From Candidatus Micrarchaeia archaeon (lineage in GTDB: Archaea; Micrarchaeota; Micrarchaeia; CAILAH01): a stretch of DNA of 11,708 bases. The stretch is taken from contig JAVYLZ010000020.1 in assembly GCA_038740245.1 (NCBI GenBank), forward strand, positions 1 through 11,708. Reading direction: 5' to 3'. The notes under the pieces are model-generated. The model was given only the letters and a program-made list of their open reading frames with translations. It searched no databases and had not been told where the DNA came from. Numbering within the stretch: position 1 is the first letter of the stretch; every line of letters begins with the position of its first letter. This document shows positions 7,171 through 11,708 of the stretch, one piece after another. Made by a program: the position numbers and the translations under genes.

Positions 7171-7190
7171 AAAAAGCCAACCATATATAA
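7171..7190 (+). promoter_or_regulatory. BRE/TATA (AAAAAGCCAACC-ATATATAA) for the Kazal/DUF333 lipoprotein
   Basis: TATA at -31..-24 from ATG 7214, consistent with a leaderless transcript. Confidence 0.6.
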
Positions 7191-7213
7191 GGATGACCCG
7201 CGAATACCTACAC

Positions 7214-8080
7214 ATGAAAGAGGCATTTGAAATAATAGGTATTCTATTGCTCGTGCTCGTGCTTGCTGCTGGGTGCATCACCCCCCCGGAAGGCAGGGTG
7301 TGCACAATGGAATATGCACCGGTATGCGGGGAGGACGGCAAAACATATTCAAACGCGTGCTTTGCCGAGATGGCAAACATTAAGGTAGCACACACGGGCG
7401 AGTGCAACGTATCCGTTGCAAACCCCGCCTCAGAGTTTTGTGTTAAGCAGGGCGGCAGGGTTGAAATTGAGACCGATACAGGGGGCGGCCAGCGCGGGGT
7501 ATGCGTGCTCCCAACCGGCGAGCGCTGCGATGAGTGGGCATATTACAGGGGCGAATGCGGGGGACAGGGCACTGCGGGTTTGGCTAACCCCGCATCAAAG
7601 TTCTGCATAGAAAATGGCGGGCAGCTGGAAATGCGTACAGATGAAACCGGCGGGCAGTATGCAATGTGTGTGCTTCCCTCCGGCCAGAAGTGCGAAGAGT
7701 GGGCATACTATAGGGGCGAATGCCCTGCAAAAAACTGCAGTGGCACGTGCCCTATGTATGCACCGCCTTCCCCTGAATGGTGCAGTGACGGTGTAGTTGT
7801 CAGCCGCGGTGAAGATGGGTGCGGTTGCCAGCTGCCCCCCATGTGCAAACCGCTGCCAAAAAGAATGACGAAAGAGCTTTGCGAGTCTGCGGGCGGTCAC
7901 TTCAATGAATGCGCATCTGCATGCAGGAACAATCCGGAAGCCGAAGTGTGCATAATGGTATGCGTGCAGGAATGCGAATGCGGCGGTGTTGCTGGGTTCA
8001 AGTGCCCGGAAGGGTATTACTGCACGGATTACGTGCCTGCCGGTGCGCCGGATGCAATGGGCGTATGCAGGCCTGAATAG
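7214..8080 (+). CDS. Cys-rich lipoprotein: Kazal-type protease inhibitor domain + 2x DUF333 + further Cys modules (288 aa)
   Basis: Lipobox LAAG-C. Kazal domain [20 protein letters not shown]...GEC (7301-7405). Two ANPASxFCxxxGG...[12 protein letters not shown]333 units. C-terminal [15 protein letters not shown]...MGVC module. Confidence 0.9.
   Translation: MKEAFEIIGILLLVLVLAAGCITPPEGRVCTMEYAPVCGEDGKTYSNACFAEMANIKVAHTGECNVSVANPASEFCVKQGGRVEIETDTGGGQRGVCVLPTGERCDEWAYYRGECGGQGTAGLANPASKFCIENGGQLEMRTDETGGQYAMCVLPSGQKCEEWAYYRGECPAKNCSGTCPMYAPPSPEWCSDGVVVSRGEDGCGCQLPPMCKPLPKRMTKELCESAGGHFNECASACRNNPEAEVCIMVCVQECECGGVAGFKCPEGYYCTDYVPAGAPDAMGVCRPE
7418..7723 (+). repeat. Intragenic tandem duplication of a DUF333 domain (165-nt period)
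   Basis: ANPAS begins at 7418 and 7583. The shared DNA GAGTGGGCATA(T/C)TA(C/T)AGGGGCGAATGC ends at 7558 and 7723. Confidence 0.85.
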
Positions 8081-8116
8081 TTAAAAACACTTGTGCGGAT
8101 ATCCATCTGTGAGAAT

Positions 8117-8416
8117 ATGGGCATAATGCAGGAGTTCAAGGAGTTCCTGGCGGAGTACAAGGTTGTCGGCCTTGCAGTGGCATTCATTATGGGTATGGCC
8201 GTAAACGACCTTGTTAAATCGCTTGTGGACAACATAATAATGCCGCTCATCGCACCGCTTTTGCCGGCAGGCGAATGGAAGGCCGCGGTTATTGCGCTTG
8301 GGCCGTTCAACATCGGAATCGGGCCGTTTATTGCAGCGCTCATCAACTTCGTAATCATCGCGCTCGTGATATTCCTGATTGTGAAGATGGTGCTCAAGGA
8401 GCCGGCAAAAAAATAA
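8117..8416 (+). CDS. mscL: Large-conductance mechanosensitive channel MscL (short archaeal type, 99 aa)
   Basis: EFKEFL...VVGLAVAFIMG, SLVDNIIMPLI and IGPFIAALINFVIIALVIF are MscL signatures. The C-terminal cytoplasmic helix is absent. Confidence 0.92.
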   Translation: MGIMQEFKEFLAEYKVVGLAVAFIMGMAVNDLVKSLVDNIIMPLIAPLLPAGEWKAAVIALGPFNIGIGPFIAALINFVIIALVIFLIVKMVLKEPAKK

Positions 8417-8429
8417 TCTCTTTTTTATT
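8417..8429 (+). terminator. Probable oligo-T archaeal terminator after mscL
   Basis: TCTCTTTTTTATT directly follows the stop codon. Confidence 0.45.
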
Positions 8430-8564
8430 GAAAATTCTTTGTAACCAGCTATCCCGATTCATTCCATACTAGAACGGCAATTAAATTGCAGCAGAAGTTT
8501 AAGGAATTCAAAAACACGATAAGCATTATGGAGGAGGCAGTGGTGGGCGTGCGCTGGAGTTCCA

Positions 8565-9080
8565 TTAGCCCTTTATTTTCTCATCACGCCCGCTGTTTGC
8601 ATCCCTCGCAAGCACGAAAAGCAGGTCTGAGAGCCGGTTCAGGTACTTGAGCTCAGTATGATATTTACGCTCTTTCTCCAGAAGCGGTGCAAGCTCGCGC
8701 TCTGCACGCCGGCATACCGCACGCGCAAAGTGCAGGTGTGCAGCCAGCGCCGTGCCGGATGGCAATATGAACGTATTCAACGGGGGAAGCCGCTTCTCAA
8801 TCTTGTCTATCTCACGTTCAATTTCGGTTATGCGGTTCTCGCTTATGCACTGTTCGGCTCCCGCAACGTGCGCGCCTATATGGTACAAGTCAACCTGCAC
8901 ATCCCTCAGCAGCTTGCAAAACCGCCCGCGCCTGCCGCATGCTGACCTGCACACACCGAGCCACGAGCTCAGCTCATCAATCGTACCGTATGCTGAAATA
9001 AGCGGTGAATACTTCTTAACGCGGCGGCCGCCGTACAATGAGGTCTCCCCGGAATCACCGGTGCGCGTGTAAACAGACAT
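8565..9080 (-). CDS. pduO: PduO-type ATP:cob(I)alamin adenosyltransferase (171 aa)
   Basis: True start is ATG 9080. Motifs VYTRTGDSGETSL, AYGTIDELSSWLG, FILPSG, LHFARAVCRRAER and YLNRLSDLLFVLAR are present. Confidence 0.93.
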   Translation of the reverse strand: MSVYTRTGDSGETSLYGGRRVKKYSPLISAYGTIDELSSWLGVCRSACGRRGRFCKLLRDVQVDLYHIGAHVAGAEQCISENRITEIEREIDKIEKRLPPLNTFILPSGTALAAHLHFARAVCRRAERELAPLLEKERKYHTELKYLNRLSDLLFVLARDANSGRDEKIKG

Positions 9081-9100
9081 GTGCACATATCCCGCTGAAA

Positions 9101-9145
9101 CTATATATGTTTTGAGAACTGCGTGCGCAAAGTTACCATATAAAA
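9101..9145. promoter_or_regulatory. Back-to-back divergent promoters for pduO and endonuclease IV
   Basis: Minus-strand ATATATAG at 9108-9101 is -28 from ATG 9080. Plus-strand ATATAAAA at 9138-9145 is -30 from ATG 9168. Confidence 0.6.
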
Positions 9146-9167
9146 TGCTTTGCGTATAAGTATGTGC

Positions 9168-9995
9168 ATGCTCAGGATAGGCACTGCAGGCGTCCCGATA
9201 ACGTGCGAGAGCAGGGATACAATAGAAGGAATAAAATGCGTGCGCGCGCTCGGGCTTGACGCAATGGAGCTTGAGTTTGTAAGGCAGGTATACGTGAAAA
9301 CCGAGAGCGATGCTAAGAGGATTGGTGAGACCGCAAGAAAGGAGGATGTTGCGCTCAGCGTTCATGCGCCGTACTTCATCAACCTCAATTCACCGGATAA
9401 GGCGACGCTTGAGACAAGCAGGAAACGCATACTTGACAGTGTGAGGATGGCGCATTTTGCGGGTGCGCGCTCTGTGGTAATCCATTCTGCGTACTACATG
9501 AAAATGGGCCGCGAGGAAGCATATACCCACGTAAAGGAGCAGTATAAACTCCTGAGCAAAGAGATTAAGGATCGCGGGTATACCGGTGTCATTTTAAGGC
9601 CGGAACTTATGGGCAAGTTCTCGCAGTTCGCGGACATTGATGAGCTGATACGGTTGTGCACGGAAGTTGAGGGGCTGCAGCCCTGTGTTGATTTTGCGCA
9701 TTATACTGCAATGCACCCGCGCGAGAACTCCTATGAGGGGTTTTGTGGGCTGCTTGAGAAAGTTGAGAAGGGGCTCGGCAAGGCGGCACTTAAGGATATG
9801 CACATACATTTCTCCGGCATTGAGTATACTCCAAAGGGCGAGCGCAACCACCTCGTGTTTGATGAGGCAGAGCTTAAGTGGAAGGATATGGTGCGCGCAT
9901 GGAAAGATTTCAGGATTGAGGGGATTGCAATAAGCGAGAGCCCGAATATAGAGGTTGACGCCCAGAAGGCAAAAAAATACTACGATTCCCTATGA
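9168..9995 (+). CDS. nfo: Endonuclease IV (AP endonuclease family 2, archaeal TIM-barrel type)
   Basis: Motifs IGTAG, ELEFVR, SVHAPYFINLNS, RPELMGKFSQF, CVDFAH, HIHFSGIEY, GERNH and SESP are present. Start ATG 9168 was chosen by TATA spacing. Confidence 0.9.
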   Translation: MLRIGTAGVPITCESRDTIEGIKCVRALGLDAMELEFVRQVYVKTESDAKRIGETARKEDVALSVHAPYFINLNSPDKATLETSRKRILDSVRMAHFAGARSVVIHSAYYMKMGREEAYTHVKEQYKLLSKEIKDRGYTGVILRPELMGKFSQFADIDELIRLCTEVEGLQPCVDFAHYTAMHPRENSYEGFCGLLEKVEKGLGKAALKDMHIHFSGIEYTPKGERNHLVFDEAELKWKDMVRAWKDFRIEGIAISESPNIEVDAQKAKKYYDSL

Positions 9996-10033
9996 CGCCC
10001 GAGCCAACCCTTGCGGTGCCCAACTAAACAAAA

Positions 10034-10312
10034 TCAGATTTTATGTATGCCGCGCTTGAGCCGATTCTCGGGCCTGTTAAGGATATCCTCGCCGTTCACC
10101 ACAACGCGGCGGCCGTCTGGCAGCTCAAATTCAAACTTTGTGTTTTTCTTGGGCACACGCTTTTTGCCTTTTAAGGATTGGACTAAAAGCGTGTTCAGCG
10201 TTTCACCCACAACGACCCCCTCAATGCCCTCGTGCGGCCTTGAAAGGCTCTCAACAACCCTGACCTTAAGGCCTATAAGCTCGTGCACAAGTATGTTCTC
10301 CGGGGTTATCAT
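10034..10312 (-). CDS. rnp1: Ribonuclease P protein subunit Rpp29/POP4 (component 1)
   Basis: Motifs HELIGLKVRVV, GIEGVVVGET, VPK and RPENRLK are present. The position after SUI1 is canonical. Confidence 0.95.
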   Translation of the reverse strand: MITPENILVHELIGLKVRVVESLSRPHEGIEGVVVGETLNTLLVQSLKGKKRVPKKNTKFEFELPDGRRVVVNGEDILNRPENRLKRGIHKI

Positions 10313-10336
10313 GGGAACGCCCGAGGAAAATGAGGA

Positions 10337-10642
10337 TTAGCGCACTGAGATGTGCTCGCGCTTGAACCCCAGCTGGAGAAGTATGGTTACCGCCTTATCC
10401 TTGTGGTCGCCCTGCAAAAGTATTATGCCTTCCTTGTTTGTGCCGCCTGTTGCAAGCCGGTGCTTGAGCTCCTTGGTTATCTTGTCTATTTCCTTGGCAT
10501 CAAGGCCCTCAACAATGGTAACCAGCTTGCCAAACCGCTTCTTGTCCGTGTAAACCTTTATCTGGTGGGGCTGCTCTTTCTCAAGAGTATCGCATACGCA
10601 GATATCTTGAGGTAAACCGCATTTCGGACATATACCTGCCAC
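10337..10642 (-). CDS. sui1: Translation initiation factor aIF1/SUI1 (YciH family)
   Basis: GTG start at 10642 follows a GAGGTG RBS inside rpL29. Motifs ICPKCGLPQDICVC, KKRFGKLVTIVEG, LATGGT and LQGDH are present. Confidence 0.93.
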   Translation of the reverse strand: MAGICPKCGLPQDICVCDTLEKEQPHQIKVYTDKKRFGKLVTIVEGLDAKEIDKITKELKHRLATGGTNKEGIILLQGDHKDKAVTILLQLGFKREHISVR

Positions 10643-10643
10643 T

Positions 10644-10847
10644 TTAAGATGCACCTCGTTCCCTGAGCACTGTGAGCAAGCGCGCAATCGCCTTCCTCAA
10701 CTCTTTTATGCGGCCTGTGTTTATATTCTTTCCGCTGCGGCGGGATGACGAGTTCTCCTTGACCAGCTCGGCCTTAAGCTGGTAAACCTTCTCCTTGATC
10801 GCCTTGTCATCCATGTTCCGCACATCGTTTATCTTCAGGACTGCCAT
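10644..10847 (-). CDS. rpl29: 50S ribosomal protein L29 (uL29)
   Basis: NTGRIKELRKAIARLLT signature, GAGGTG RBS, and position directly after rpS3. Confidence 0.95.
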   Translation of the reverse strand: MAVLKINDVRNMDDKAIKEKVYQLKAELVKENSSSRRSGKNINTGRIKELRKAIARLLTVLRERGAS

Positions 10848-10856
10848 ACAAACACC

Positions 10857-11624
10857 TCATTTTTTCTTTGGCTTGCCCTTCTTTTTCGCCGCCGGCTTCT
10901 CACCCTCACTCCCACCTTCAGCCAGCTCTTCAGCCACATCGGCCCCTGCAACCGCTTCAGGGGCAACCACAGATGCCTGCTCGCCAGCCACAGGCTCGTC
11001 CGCCGCCTTGATAACGCTCGGCAGCTCAACCTTCTCAACCTTCTTGTCAGGGAAATTTGCATCGGGAGGTGCAATCGCAACCATAATGCCGATAGCACCT
11101 GCTTTCGGGTATACAGTAACATGCGCCCTCTTCACGTACCTTGCGGGCTCACCTGCCTTCGGCAGGTACCCTGCAATCGCGCGGAATGTTTTTGAGCGGC
11201 CGCCCTTTGCTGCAAGCTTGCCCGAGATTACTATTTCACACCCAATCGCACCGGCGTCCATTATGGACTTTATCATTGAATGCATCATCCTGCGCGGGTT
11301 CTTGCCCGTCTCAATAAGCCGGAGAAGCCTCTTTGCCACAACCTGCGGCTCAAGGTCCGGGTTGCCCACCGAAGATATGTTGATTTTCGGGTTTTCAAGC
11401 TTAAACTCGGTGCGCAGCCTGTCAGTAATCTCGTTTATCGTCTTGCCCTTGCGGCCTATCACTTTCCCGGGATTTGTAACCTCTGCCGTAATAAGCGTAA
11501 TCAGCGGGGTCTTCTGTATTGTGAGGTTTGAAAACCCTGCACGGGAAAGCTGGTCCTTCATAAACTCAGCAATCTTAAACCTCAGGATTGAATCCTCTAT
11601 GAATTTCCTCTCAACTGCCATCAT
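10857..11624 (-). CDS. rps3: 30S ribosomal protein S3 (uS3)
   Basis: KH domain PGKVIGRKGKTI and GAIGCEIVISGKL are present, with an acidic then Lys-rich C-terminal extension. The start may be the second ATG (11621). Confidence 0.97.
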   Translation of the reverse strand: MMAVERKFIEDSILRFKIAEFMKDQLSRAGFSNLTIQKTPLITLITAEVTNPGKVIGRKGKTINEITDRLRTEFKLENPKINISSVGNPDLEPQVVAKRLLRLIETGKNPRRMMHSMIKSIMDAGAIGCEIVISGKLAAKGGRSKTFRAIAGYLPKAGEPARYVKRAHVTVYPKAGAIGIMVAIAPPDANFPDKKVEKVELPSVIKAADEPVAGEQASVVAPEAVAGADVAEELAEGGSEGEKPAAKKKGKPKKK

Positions 11625-11708
11625 TACACCTTCTTTTGAGCATCATTCTTTTTTGCTGGGGCCTTTTTCGCAACCGTGCCCGCCTCATTCTTGCTTTCCG
11701 AAGCTTTG
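11624..11708 (-). CDS. 3' end of upstream gene, probably rpL22 with a Lys/Ala-rich C-terminal extension (partial)
   Basis: Open frame ...KASESKNEAGTVAKKAPAKKNDAQKKV* whose TAA overlaps the rpS3 ATG (TAATG). The L22 identity is inferred only from conserved gene order. Confidence 0.6.
   Translation of the reverse strand, partial: KASESKNEAGTVAKKAPAKKNDAQKKV

Noticed and set aside
8029..8397. Minus-strand 122-aa ORF
   Set aside because: It is an antisense shadow of mscL.
9081..9365. 95-aa N-terminal extension of PduO suggesting a fusion
   Set aside because: It overlaps endonuclease IV on the opposite strand and crosses both TATA boxes. PduO family homology starts at MSVYTRTGD.
9685..9720. DFAHYTAM instead of the usual DFAHxHAR in endonuclease IV as a sign of inactivation
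   Set aside because: The Asp and first His, which correspond to the metal ligands in E. coli Nfo, are retained, and the other ligand motifs look intact.
10643..10687. Extra CxxC-containing N-terminus on SUI1 (MRACSQC...)
   Set aside because: It lies within rpL29 in another frame. The GTG at 10642 with a GAGGTG RBS gives a normal-length protein.
10835..11122. 95-aa alternative-frame ORF overlapping the rpS3 3' end
   Set aside because: It is an off-frame reading of the low-complexity S3 tail, with no RBS or motif support.
1..11708. CRISPR array, tRNA/rRNA, transposase or integrase
   Set aside because: No regularly spaced repeats, no cloverleaf or rRNA-like tracts in the short intergenic gaps, and no recombinase motifs were seen by eye. 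A tRNAscan/Infernal run would be needed to formally exclude small RNAs.

Overview
Archaeal chromosomal segment. The archaeal call rests on the rpS3-rpL29-SUI1-Rpp29 gene order, TATA boxes about 28-31 nt upstream of start codons and GGTG-type RBSs. The dense packing and many Cys-rich surface proteins suggest a DPANN lineage such as Micrarchaeota, which is an inference. The right end holds part of the large ribosomal-protein operon (3' tail of a probable rpL22, rpS3, rpL29, aIF1/SUI1, Rpp29). This operon stops after Rpp29 instead of continuing to rpS17. The middle holds endonuclease IV, a PduO-type corrinoid adenosyltransferase, MscL, a Kazal + 2xDUF333 Cys-rich lipoprotein, a DEAD-box helicase with a probable long structured 5'UTR, a YkgJ-family protein and a 714-aa orphan coiled-coil membrane protein. 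The left end is the most interesting part: four co-oriented, exported, disulfide-rich proteins converge on a rhomboid-like intramembrane protease fragment. Two of the four end in an unpaired Cys + hydrophobic helix + basic tail. This resembles Cys-containing C-terminal sorting signals such as CGP-CTERM and MYXO-CTERM and may represent an undescribed sorting and anchoring system. No tRNA, rRNA, CRISPR array or transposase was seen.
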